This document shows, one piece after another, positions 19,446-28,140 of a stretch of DNA of 64,000 nucleotides; position 1 is the first letter of the stretch; every line of letters starts with the position of its first letter. The notes under the pieces are model-generated. The model searched no databases. It was not told the DNA's origin and worked only from the letters and a program-made list of their open reading frames with translations. The stretch covers positions 425 through 64,424 of the forward strand of contig CALFXX010000122.1 of NCBI GenBank assembly GCA_937952975.1, given 5' to 3'. The position numbers were made by a program, and so were the translations under genes. The DNA is from an uncultured Alcaligenaceae bacterium. Lineage in GTDB: Bacteria; Pseudomonadota; Gammaproteobacteria; Burkholderiales; Burkholderiaceae_B.

Positions 19446-20432
19446 CTAGGCTTTATGAGTCAAAAAATCTTGGTACGCCAAACTTAAACCGGTCTCGATA
19501 TCAACCTTAGCACCCCAACCTAAAGCCTTTAATAAGCTGCTATCCATCAGTTTTCGAGGTGCACCGTCGGGTTTAGTGGAATCAAAAACGATTTCACCCT
19601 TGTAGCCAACGACTTTACCCACGGTGGTAGCCAACTGCGCGATAGTGATATCAGAGCCATAGCCGACATTGATGTGACTTTGCATGGGCGTTGTGTGTTG
19701 GTCATACTTATCTTTAGCCAAGTTCATCACGTAGACACTGGCCGCAGCCATATCGTCCACATACAAAAATTCACGAAACGGTTTGCCTGAACCCCAAATC
19801 GCAACGCGGGCGACTTGATTCACTTTGGCCTCATGAAAGCGACGAAGCAAGGCTGGAATCACGTGAGAGTTTTCAGGATGGTAGTTATCGCCAGGGCCGT
19901 AAAGATTGGTGGGCATGACCGACCGATAATCAACGCCATGCTGTTTGCCATATTGTCGGTTATAGCTTTCGCAAATTTTGATACCGGCGATTTTGGCAAC
20001 CGCGTAGGGTTCGTTGGTAGGTTCTAAAAAACCTGTCAACAACGCATTTTCAGCCATGGGTTGGGGGGCAAGTTTTGGATAGATGCAGCTGCTACCCAAA
20101 AATAATAGTTTTTTGACGCCGTTTCTAAAGGCGGCGTCGATGACGTTAGCCTGCACCATCAGATTGTCATAAATGAACTCGGCAGGATAGGTATTGTTTG
20201 CATGAATGCCACCCACTCGAGCTGCAGCGAGGTAGACTTCGTCAGGTTTTTCGATTGCGAAGAACGCGCGCACCTCAGCTTGATCGGTTAAATCGAGCTC
20301 GGAGTGGGTTCGGCCGACGATTCTTGCTGGGTCTTGGCCACCAGCAATTAGTTGCCGGACGATTGCCGAACCCACCATGCCACGGTGGCCAGCGACGTAA
20401 ATTTTAGGCGAGGTGTTTTGTATTGCCATCAT
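19446..20432 (-). CDS. fcl: GDP-L-fucose synthase (GDP-4-keto-6-deoxy-D-mannose 3,5-epimerase/4-reductase)
   Basis: [39 protein letters not shown] and the 328-aa length match Fcl/WcaG-type SDR enzymes. Confidence 0.88.
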   Translation of the reverse strand: MMAIQNTSPKIYVAGHRGMVGSAIVRQLIAGGQDPARIVGRTHSELDLTDQAEVRAFFAIEKPDEVYLAAARVGGIHANNTYPAEFIYDNLMVQANVIDAAFRNGVKKLLFLGSSCIYPKLAPQPMAENALLTGFLEPTNEPYAVAKIAGIKICESYNRQYGKQHGVDYRSVMPTNLYGPGDNYHPENSHVIPALLRRFHEAKVNQVARVAIWGSGKPFREFLYVDDMAAASVYVMNLAKDKYDQHTTPMQSHINVGYGSDITIAQLATTVGKVVGYKGEIVFDSTKPDGAPRKLMDSSLLKALGWGAKVDIETGLSLAYQDFLTHKA

Positions 20433-20487
20433 TAATTCGCAAAATATCTAAGGTGTCGATGGGAAGGGGGCAGACGCGAAACGCAAT

Positions 20488-21696
20488 TTAAGGTCGATCT
20501 TTTTTGTTGGTCAACCGGATAGTGGGTACCACCCATTTAAAGTGCACTAACCGTGCGTATATCAGAGCGTAGAGCAAACCACACAAAATAAACGCAGCAA
20601 TCAAAACGACAGTATTTTTTCTAAACACGACAGCTAACAACGCTGGTATTGCAGCGTACAACAGCATCAGAGGCATCACCGAGGCATTTTGCGTGACGGC
20701 CGGTGACTTTGACAACCATTTTCGGGTCACGCGTGACCAGACTAAGCTATGCAAATGTAAGCGGTCAGGGTGGCCTAGTTTTAGGGTCCGCGCCCGGCGC
20801 CGTGCCATCGAAAAAAGCACCTCGAGGATCGGGTAGCCGCAGGCCAGCATCGGTGCCCAAGGCGACACGGACGGATTACGCATGGCAACCATGACGGCAA
20901 TCCAACCTAATACAAAGCCCAAGAGGTAAGCCCCACCGTCGCCGAGAAACAGTTTGCCATAGGGGTAGTTGATGACCAAAAACCCGAAAGTCGCCCCACC
21001 AAAGATGAAGCAGATTTTGGCCATTTCAGCATCGCCGGCGAAAAAAGAGATCAGCCCAAGCGCTGAGAGGCAGAGCAAGACCGTACCACTAGCCAGACCA
21101 TTCAAACCATCAATGATGTTAATCGCGTTGGCAACGCCCCCCACTGCAAAGGCAGTGAACAACACCGACACGACTGGGATGGCTAATAACCAATCAACAC
21201 CGCCTAAGCCAATACGTGTCAGGCTATCGCCTGTTAACCACCAGGCGAGCACACCGCTAGCAAAGGTCGCAAACAACCTCTCAGTGACGCGCCCTCGTTT
21301 AACGATATCTTCAGCAACACCTGCAAAAAAAGCCGGCAACGAGGCAATGAGAATAGGGCCTAACATCACCGCGACTTCTTTTGGCGTAAACAACCAACCG
21401 ATTGCCAAGCCAATTAAGATTGCTACACCCCCGATACGAGGCGTGGGTGTCTCATGAATTTTTTGAATACCTGCCTCAGAATCGAGTGTGTGCGCCCCGT
21501 GCAGGTGCTGCGTCCAAACAATCGCCAAGCAAATGACAAAAGATGTCAGGCCAGCTGTTGTCAAGGCAAGATGGGGGATGGCAAATAGCACTATATAAAA
21601 CACACCTTTCAAGACATTTGACGCGCAACCAATACGAGCTTGTAATGTGCCGCAAGCAAGCTTTCCATGATAACACGCCACTTTGGCGTCAACCAT
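20488..21696 (-). CDS. Polyprenyl-phosphate N-acetylhexosamine-1-phosphate transferase (MraY/WecA/WbpL family), initiating enzyme
   Basis: PRIGGVAILIGL, NAINIIDGLNGLA and LGDGGAYLLGF are PNPT family motifs. The N-terminus is ~39 aa longer than the paralog at 45920-47023, so the true start may be internal. Confidence 0.85.
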   Translation of the reverse strand: MVDAKVACYHGKLACGTLQARIGCASNVLKGVFYIVLFAIPHLALTTAGLTSFVICLAIVWTQHLHGAHTLDSEAGIQKIHETPTPRIGGVAILIGLAIGWLFTPKEVAVMLGPILIASLPAFFAGVAEDIVKRGRVTERLFATFASGVLAWWLTGDSLTRIGLGGVDWLLAIPVVSVLFTAFAVGGVANAINIIDGLNGLASGTVLLCLSALGLISFFAGDAEMAKICFIFGGATFGFLVINYPYGKLFLGDGGAYLLGFVLGWIAVMVAMRNPSVSPWAPMLACGYPILEVLFSMARRRARTLKLGHPDRLHLHSLVWSRVTRKWLSKSPAVTQNASVMPLMLLYAAIPALLAVVFRKNTVVLIAAFILCGLLYALIYARLVHFKWVVPTIRLTNKKDRP

Positions 21697-21735
21697 TTGA
21701 GAAAGTTACCGTATCTATATGATCTTATTAGATTT

Positions 21736-22560
21736 TTATTGACAATACGCACGCGAATGCTTAGCCAAGGTACTTTGCCAAAACTCTGGGTCATAACGGG
21801 ACCAGGCATGGCAGCCAAACGGTAGACGCTGACCATTCAACTCGTATGAGTACTGCGGGTAAGCCTCAAAGGCAAAAGAAACCGCCTCTTGAGGGGTGGG
21901 CACCCTAAAAAATGTGCATCTTGGGGCCACAAATAGCCCCCAAAATAGATCTTCATTGACGTTTAGGTTGATTTGGGTGTTTTTGTACACAAACGAACGG
22001 TAGTCTTTTAAATAGCGGTAGATGGTTGAACGCCAATTACCAGGCCACGTCTGCATCAAGGTATTTTTGAAAACACGCGGTCGATTCAAAACCCGTAAAA
22101 AATCTTGCACATTGCGCAGTGAGAACCCACCATTACCCACTGCGGTCAAGCGTAAGGGGTGGGTCGGTTTGGTGTAACCCTCAAACCATGGTGCGCCGAT
22201 GTACGAGTACCCTTTTTTGGCCCAGGCATGGAGTTCATCACTAAAGACTAACGAATCAGTTTGCGCGATCAAAATATATTGATATTGCTCAAACGCCCGG
22301 TAGAAAACACTAGAAAGCATTAACTTGTTATACCCGTCGATGCTTGCAAAGTAGTGATCAGAGTAGGTTTTGTATAACAGTGGTCGTTCAAATTGCTGCG
22401 ACAGTTGCTGCAAAAAGTTTGTCAGCCGCACTGGGCCGACAACATATATTGCATGCTTTGCAAGCACCGAAACCGCTGTCTTAATCGAAAAAAGCTCTTG
22501 GTCGGTCAAGGTCGTTTGATAGACCGGAATCACGACTGCATGTTGGGGCGTCGGCGTCAT
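21736..22560 (-). CDS. Uncharacterised GT-A-like protein (resembles what I recall as DUF5672)
   Basis: The VVIPVYQ N-terminus, IGAPW, GNGGFSLR and NEDLFWG resemble GT-A-like DUF proteins found in LPS loci. The family name comes from memory only. Confidence 0.45.
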   Translation of the reverse strand: MTPTPQHAVVIPVYQTTLTDQELFSIKTAVSVLAKHAIYVVGPVRLTNFLQQLSQQFERPLLYKTYSDHYFASIDGYNKLMLSSVFYRAFEQYQYILIAQTDSLVFSDELHAWAKKGYSYIGAPWFEGYTKPTHPLRLTAVGNGGFSLRNVQDFLRVLNRPRVFKNTLMQTWPGNWRSTIYRYLKDYRSFVYKNTQINLNVNEDLFWGLFVAPRCTFFRVPTPQEAVSFAFEAYPQYSYELNGQRLPFGCHAWSRYDPEFWQSTLAKHSRAYCQ

Positions 22561-22582
22561 TTAGTTTGGTCCAAAGGCGCGC

Positions 22583-23521
22583 TCAAGGCAGGCCTTTAAA
22601 AATACGCACGAGTTTATTTTTAACCCTGATTGGAAACTTCAATAAGGTACGTGGAAACTTCATATACAAGCCGCCCAGCAGATGATCAAACACATATTGA
22701 TCTGCCACCAGATTTTGCTTAACCTCAATGGGATGCCGCATACACCCAAGTGGCTTAACTGGCGTTCCCGGTTCTTCTTCAAGCGCCAGTGTATGCGTGC
22801 CGTCGGGTCCAATCCCGATATTGGTCACCAGGTTCACTCGAGGGGTAACTGTTAGCCCGCCGTGGTACCACAGGCATGTCATCCAAGGGTACGCCCAAGA
22901 ATCGATTTTTTTGTCGTAAATACGATCAAAGATATCAATCCAATACGCTTGTTCGAAGGGGTCGGGGGTTTTTTGTCGCCAGTCTTGCGACAGCTTCCAT
23001 TCGGGCCAAAACTTGATATCTCCATCAAACTGTTGCCACGCCCGCCGCCAAGTAGCCCAACCCCAGCAGTGCCCATATTTTGAAAAATAATAGGTCGCGT
23101 CTCCGCGCTTTTTGCCATTTTGATTGTTGTTACCCGTGACAACCCAAACACGCTCGTCTTCTTGATATCGAGCTAGCATCTCTTGGCAAAAGGTAAAAAA
23201 ATCAGGGTGTGGCAGGCAGTCATCTTCAAGTACGACTGCGCTTTCAACTTGGGTAAATACCCAATCGAGTCCGCTAGAAATTCGACGTTTTAATCCTAGA
23301 TTTTGTTCGGCATAATTGCGCTGCACCTCACAGGGCCAGTCGACTTGCGACACGATGTCGCGTACTTGCTGGCAACGCTCGGTGTCAGTAGGGTGCCCAA
23401 AGCGTGGGCCATCTGCGATGACAAAAAGCTTAGCGGGGCGAGCCGCACGGATCGCTTCAAAAGTTTCGCGCGTATGCCGTGGCCGGTTGAAAACGATATA
23501 CGCAATTGAAATATCGGTCAT
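22583..23521 (-). CDS. EDD-motif GT-A glycosyltransferase-like protein, paralog 3 of 3
   Basis: AYIVFNRPRHTR..LFVIADGPRFGHPTD..VLEDDCLP..HCWGWATWRRAW..NLVTNIGIGPDGTHT. Confidence 0.65.
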   Translation of the reverse strand: MTDISIAYIVFNRPRHTRETFEAIRAARPAKLFVIADGPRFGHPTDTERCQQVRDIVSQVDWPCEVQRNYAEQNLGLKRRISSGLDWVFTQVESAVVLEDDCLPHPDFFTFCQEMLARYQEDERVWVVTGNNNQNGKKRGDATYYFSKYGHCWGWATWRRAWQQFDGDIKFWPEWKLSQDWRQKTPDPFEQAYWIDIFDRIYDKKIDSWAYPWMTCLWYHGGLTVTPRVNLVTNIGIGPDGTHTLALEEEPGTPVKPLGCMRHPIEVKQNLVADQYVFDHLLGGLYMKFPRTLLKFPIRVKNKLVRIFKGLP

Positions 23522-23528
23522 GACTAGA

Positions 23529-24296
23529 TTATATCGCCGAGGTCAAGGCGAGCTTGATTTTATAAAACAGCCTGCCTAACGACTCCCGAATGGCTGCGTC
23601 CGTCGTACCTAAGGCATTAACATTGGGCAAGAAGCTCATCGGGGTCAACGCGGTTTGCGAAGACTTAAAATCGACTGGATAAGCGAAAATTTCTAAGCCG
23701 ACTTTTGCAAAGAGCATTTCGGAACGTTTCATATGCAAGGCTGAAGTCACCAGTATGATCTTCTTTCGCTCGCCGCCTAGTACGGACAGCATTTTGCTGA
23801 CCTCGAGGGCCTCTTGTTCGGTATTTTGCACATCGGACGTTACCCAAATTTTTTCGGCTGGGATACTCATACGCTGCGCATACTTTTTAAGCACGTGACC
23901 TTCAGCTTCAAGGCTGAGGTCCCACGGCAACTTGGCACCTGTAAATATTAACGTTGGTGCGCGCCCCGCCGCCATCAGGTCTACCCCTGCAAAGAAACGG
24001 TCAGGATCACCCCATTCTGCCACTAGACCCTGCTTTGAGGGCACCCACGACAACATGCCGCCGAGCACGACAATCGCATCGACCTGTGGCACATCTTGAG
24101 GAGTCAGTTTGACTTCGTTGGCTTCGATTTGACTGAATAGCGCCTCAGAAACGATTGGCATGCTGCCCACATACAATAAACCGGTAGCCGTTACGACATA
24201 GACAAAGCGCTTTTTAAACACACCCACAAGCGTCAAAGCCAACACTAGCACAATTGGCGAGACGAGCAATGGCAGTATCTTATGCAAATAAATCAA
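23529..24296 (-). CDS. YdcF/ElyC (DUF218) family envelope protein with N-terminal membrane anchor
   Basis: DAIVVLGG, ILVTSALHMKRS and an N-terminal TM segment fit the DUF218 pattern. Confidence 0.75.
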   Translation of the reverse strand: MIYLHKILPLLVSPIVLVLALTLVGVFKKRFVYVVTATGLLYVGSMPIVSEALFSQIEANEVKLTPQDVPQVDAIVVLGGMLSWVPSKQGLVAEWGDPDRFFAGVDLMAAGRAPTLIFTGAKLPWDLSLEAEGHVLKKYAQRMSIPAEKIWVTSDVQNTEQEALEVSKMLSVLGGERKKIILVTSALHMKRSEMLFAKVGLEIFAYPVDFKSSQTALTPMSFLPNVNALGTTDAAIRESLGRLFYKIKLALTSAI

Positions 24297-24386
24297 AGCA
24301 TGTACCCATTCAAAAAGTGAGCGTTTATACTGCTTTGATATCGTTTTATCATGCTCATGGGCAAGCTGGGCTACTTTGGTCGAAAT
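24297..24386. promoter_or_regulatory. Divergent intergenic region between the ydcF-like gene train and rmlA (presumed promoters)
   Basis: It is the only non-coding gap separating the minus-strand 23.5-kb train from the plus-strand rmlAC unit. A tatact hexamer lies near 24326-24331. I found no convincing -35, so this call rests on position only. Confidence 0.3.
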
Positions 24387-25265
24387 ATGAAAACAAATCG
24401 TCGAGGGATCATTTTAGCGGGCGGCTCTGGCACGCGCCTGTACCCGGCTACGAGATCGGTATCTAAGCAACTTTTGCCGATTTATGACAAGCCCATGATT
24501 TATTACCCGCTATCAACACTGATGCTGACGGGGATTCGAGAAGTGCTGGTGATTTCAACACCGCAAGATACCCCACGCTTTGCAGAGTTACTGGGCGACG
24601 GCTCACAATGGGGCATGCACATCGAATATGCCGTGCAACCCAGCCCTGATGGTTTAGCGCAGGCTTTTATTCTTGGTAGAAGTTTTGTTGCTGATCAGCC
24701 AAGCACCTTAGTGCTGGGTGACAATATTTTTTATGGGCATGACTTGGTACGTAAATTGCAAGCTGCCGAGGCCCAGCCAAGTGGTGCAACTGTCTTTGCG
24801 TATCATGTACCGGATCCAGAACGCTATGGCGTAGTTGAGTTTGATGTTAGCCAACGGGCAATCAGCATTGAAGAAAAGCCCTCGACACCAAAAAGTAACT
24901 ATGCGGTCACTGGTTTGTATTTTTATGATCAACAAGTCTGTGACATCGCAGCATCCATCAAACCGAGTGCTCGCGGCGAATTAGAAATTACAGAGGTCAA
25001 TCAGCGTTATCTTGATTTAGGCCAACTCAACGTTGAAATCATGGGTCGAGGCTTTGCGTGGTTAGATACAGGCACCCACGACAGCATGCTAGAAGCATCG
25101 AGCTTTATTGCGACGCTACAAAAACGTCAAGGGCTACAGGTTGCGTGCCCTGAAGAAATTTCATATGCGCAAAAGTGGATTTCAGCAGAACAGCTTGAGC
25201 AATTAGCACAGCCTTTGCGTAAAACGTATTATGGGCAATACTTGTTGGGCTTGTTAAGACAGTAA
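24387..25265 (+). CDS. rmlA: Glucose-1-phosphate thymidylyltransferase
   Basis: [40 protein letters not shown] is near-canonical RmlA. I moved the start from 24351 to the ATG at 24387 to match the usual RmlA N-terminus. Confidence 0.92.
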   Translation: MKTNRRGIILAGGSGTRLYPATRSVSKQLLPIYDKPMIYYPLSTLMLTGIREVLVISTPQDTPRFAELLGDGSQWGMHIEYAVQPSPDGLAQAFILGRSFVADQPSTLVLGDNIFYGHDLVRKLQAAEAQPSGATVFAYHVPDPERYGVVEFDVSQRAISIEEKPSTPKSNYAVTGLYFYDQQVCDIAASIKPSARGELEITEVNQRYLDLGQLNVEIMGRGFAWLDTGTHDSMLEASSFIATLQKRQGLQVACPEEISYAQKWISAEQLEQLAQPLRKTYYGQYLLGLLRQ

Positions 25266-25306
25266 TTGCATTCATTACTGCTAACCAATCGTTTTAACCC
25301 CTTACT

Positions 25307-25927
25307 TTGATCACCACGCCTACGGTTTCACGGAGATTACCTTTGCCCTATACCGTCACCCCAACCGCCCTAGCAGACGTGCTGATTCTTGAACCTAAAG
25401 TCTTTGGTGATGCTCGAGGCTTTTTTTTTGAAAGCTTTAATGAGCATGATTTTCAAACCGCGACAAATTTAAAGGTTAAGTTTGTTCAAGACAATCATAG
25501 TCAAAGCGTTCGGGGTGTATTACGCGGTTTGCATTATCAGATGCAACAGCCTCAAGGGAAATTAGTTAGAGTTGCACGCGGTGAAGTTTTTGATGTTTCG
25601 GTCAACTTAAAAAAGGGACACCCTGAATTTGGGCAATGCGTTGGGGTTCGTTTGAGCGCTGAGAACAAGAGACAGCTCTGGATTCCGCCAGGCTTTGCAC
25701 ATGGATTTTTGGTGTTGAGCGAATTTGCCGATTTTTTATACAAGACAACTGATTACTACTCACCAACAGCGGAACGCTGCCTGTTATGGAATGACCCTGC
25801 GTTAAAAATTGAGTGGCCACTCGAGGCATTAATGGGGCTCGCTCCAATTCTGACGGATAAAGATCGGGGTGGTTTGAGTCTTACTCACGCTGAAGTATTT
25901 ACAAATAATGTGGATGCGTGTGAGTGA
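25307..25927 (+). CDS. rmlC: dTDP-4-dehydrorhamnose 3,5-epimerase
   Basis: EPKVFGDARGFFFESFN, RGLHYQ and PPGFAHGF are RmlC cupin motifs. There is no ATG near the 5' end; the track start at 25307 is TTG, so the start is uncertain. Confidence 0.9.
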   Translation: MITTPTVSRRLPLPYTVTPTALADVLILEPKVFGDARGFFFESFNEHDFQTATNLKVKFVQDNHSQSVRGVLRGLHYQMQQPQGKLVRVARGEVFDVSVNLKKGHPEFGQCVGVRLSAENKRQLWIPPGFAHGFLVLSEFADFLYKTTDYYSPTAERCLLWNDPALKIEWPLEALMGLAPILTDKDRGGLSLTHAEVFTNNVDACE

Positions 25928-28064
25928 TCATTTTATAACTTCGCGATTCCCAAATGGGACAACCGATCGCCTTGCCCAAATACTGTCGTTTACGGGTTTA
26001 CTTTTAGTCTTATTTGTGACGGTGTTGCTGGTCTTGAATCAAGTCTATGCGTTAAAGGCTCTTGACCCGTATTATCGCGTCACCTCATCGGGGTTATGTT
26101 TAGCCTTCGGATTTTTAACTGCATGCCTGAGTATTCGGTTAGCAATAATGGGTTGCATGTTCGCACTACCTTTGTTGCCAACGATCGCCCCGAATATTCA
26201 ACTTTATCTGGGTTACGGTCGGGTTCTTGGCGAACAAGCCGCTGGGCTTGACCTGGTGACAGGGATGCTTTGCGGTGCATGCCTGAAATGGCTGACTATA
26301 AAAAATCATGTCAAGACACCGCTCAGCATGCCTTGGCAGACTGGGCTTGTCCTCATCATAATTACTGCTTCAGTTGCCGTTGCAATTGCACGCAATTTGC
26401 ACCAGACTGGTTCGACATTCGTCCCACAGGTGCTTATCTATAACCTTTTACACCTTCGCTCACTTGGTTGGCACGACGACTATCGCCCACTGCTCGACTG
26501 GGCAGCCTACGCTGGGGCCTTCGGATTAATGGCAGTTTTTATTCCTGCTTTGAAACGCTCTTCTCAGCGCAATGCTTTAGTGTTTTGGCCTCTCATACTG
26601 AGTCTAGTGATCTCGGCGTTGGTCGGTTGGCGACAATCAGCAACAGGTATCGGCCTGAGCTTTGATCAGCGTAACTTCAGGGTCGATCAGTTTGGCTTTG
26701 TTGCACAAGGCTTTCAACCAGATATGCATGCTTTCGGTGGTCTGCTATTGATCGGCGCCATCGGTTTATTTGGCTATTTATACAGTTCGAAAAGTCTGAC
26801 GCTGCGGCTTGCGATGATCACGCTCGTTATACCGTTGAGCTGGATAGTTTTATTTTTAAGTAAATCACGGGCAAGCTTTGGGTTTGGCCTGTTGGCGCTT
26901 TTCGTCATTGCAGTCGTTTGGTGGTTTCGCAAGTCTGGCTATTTATTGAAAGCTCTAAGCGTGATCGCAACAGTCTGCTGTGTTGCTTTAATAAGCTTAA
27001 TTCTTTTATATAACTTCTGGGACAGTACCGTACTACTATTAATTCAGCAGCTCGGCATCCCAGATTTCTACACGTTTAATTACAAGCTCTCTTATCGGCC
27101 CGAAGTGTATCGAGCCGGCTTTTTTATGTTTATGCTGTTTCCGTTTTTTGGACTCGGGCAGGCCGAGTTTTATCGACAATCAGCAAACTACGATCTCACG
27201 CACTCTTTCTTTTTAAGCATTCAACAAAACGGTGAGAATGCGCACAATTACTTTTTGCAGATTTTGGTTGAAAATGGTTTAGTTGGTTTTCTGACCTTTT
27301 TGATTTTGGTTTTTTACCCAATCACAAAAATACACAATAAGCGCTTATTGATACCGGCAGGGGTTGCCTTACTCGCTGTCTTTGCCGGTAATTTATTTTC
27401 GCACTCAATGCTAGTGCGAGAGAACCTTTTAATTGCTGCGGCCTTCTTGTCCTTGATGTACGCCTGCCTGCAAGCGGAGCAAGAGCAGCAGATGGATGGC
27501 AGCAGTCCGACCATACCAGCCACTAGTTCTGGTGATCTTACGCACGCACTCGACAAGCGCTTTATCCTGCGGCTGCCTGAATCCAGTATTCAGCGCGTCA
27601 CCTGCTTTACTGCTGCCCTGCTCATACTCGGTGGTTTATTTACAAAAGAGGTATACCAGTCGCTTCGTAGTAAGGTATTCGAATCAGATCTTCAGTGTTC
27701 CAAATTTAGGCGGCTTGATCCAGATGGGTGGACTTCTGGTCTGTACGTGGTCGCAATGCCAAAGGGATCTCAAGGAGTTCGAATTCGCCTTATCAGCACC
27801 CAGCCGGATGTGGGACGACGTCCCCTGCCCGGAACCTTAACACTCGTCGATCACAACTACGCGACCGTGCTGAAGCAGGACCTGTCATTCAGAACAAACG
27901 AGCCCCAAGAACTTGAACTGATACTACCCAATGGAGTTGTATCCGGAAGAGACTATCGCGTCGAGCTTAAGCTTGATCGATGCTTTATCCCACGTAATAT
28001 TGGCATGAATGGCGATGGGCGGCGACTCGGTGTGCGAATTGGATCTGTGGATTGGTTGCCATAA
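25908..28064 (+). CDS. O-antigen ligase / Wzy_C domain family membrane protein (718 aa) with a ~190-aa C-terminal soluble extension
   Basis: It is polytopic. KSRASFGFGLLALF..GENAHNYFLQILVENGLVGFLTFL matches the Wzy_C (WaaL/PglL/Wzy) loop-plus-helix pattern. The start overlaps the rmlC end by 20 nt. Confidence 0.7.
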   Translation: MWMRVSDHFITSRFPNGTTDRLAQILSFTGLLLVLFVTVLLVLNQVYALKALDPYYRVTSSGLCLAFGFLTACLSIRLAIMGCMFALPLLPTIAPNIQLYLGYGRVLGEQAAGLDLVTGMLCGACLKWLTIKNHVKTPLSMPWQTGLVLIIITASVAVAIARNLHQTGSTFVPQVLIYNLLHLRSLGWHDDYRPLLDWAAYAGAFGLMAVFIPALKRSSQRNALVFWPLILSLVISALVGWRQSATGIGLSFDQRNFRVDQFGFVAQGFQPDMHAFGGLLLIGAIGLFGYLYSSKSLTLRLAMITLVIPLSWIVLFLSKSRASFGFGLLALFVIAVVWWFRKSGYLLKALSVIATVCCVALISLILLYNFWDSTVLLLIQQLGIPDFYTFNYKLSYRPEVYRAGFFMFMLFPFFGLGQAEFYRQSANYDLTHSFFLSIQQNGENAHNYFLQILVENGLVGFLTFLILVFYPITKIHNKRLLIPAGVALLAVFAGNLFSHSMLVRENLLIAAAFLSLMYACLQAEQEQQMDGSSPTIPATSSGDLTHALDKRFILRLPESSIQRVTCFTAALLILGGLFTKEVYQSLRSKVFESDLQCSKFRRLDPDGWTSGLYVVAMPKGSQGVRIRLISTQPDVGRRPLPGTLTLVDHNYATVLKQDLSFRTNEPQELELILPNGVVSGRDYRVELKLDRCFIPRNIGMNGDGRRLGVRIGSVDWLP

Positions 28065-28140
28065 GTTACACAAGCAGTGTGCACTCTTAAGCTCAATGAA
28101 TTTGGGTAGTCACTTACGCCGTAGCGGTTCCAAACCTCGA

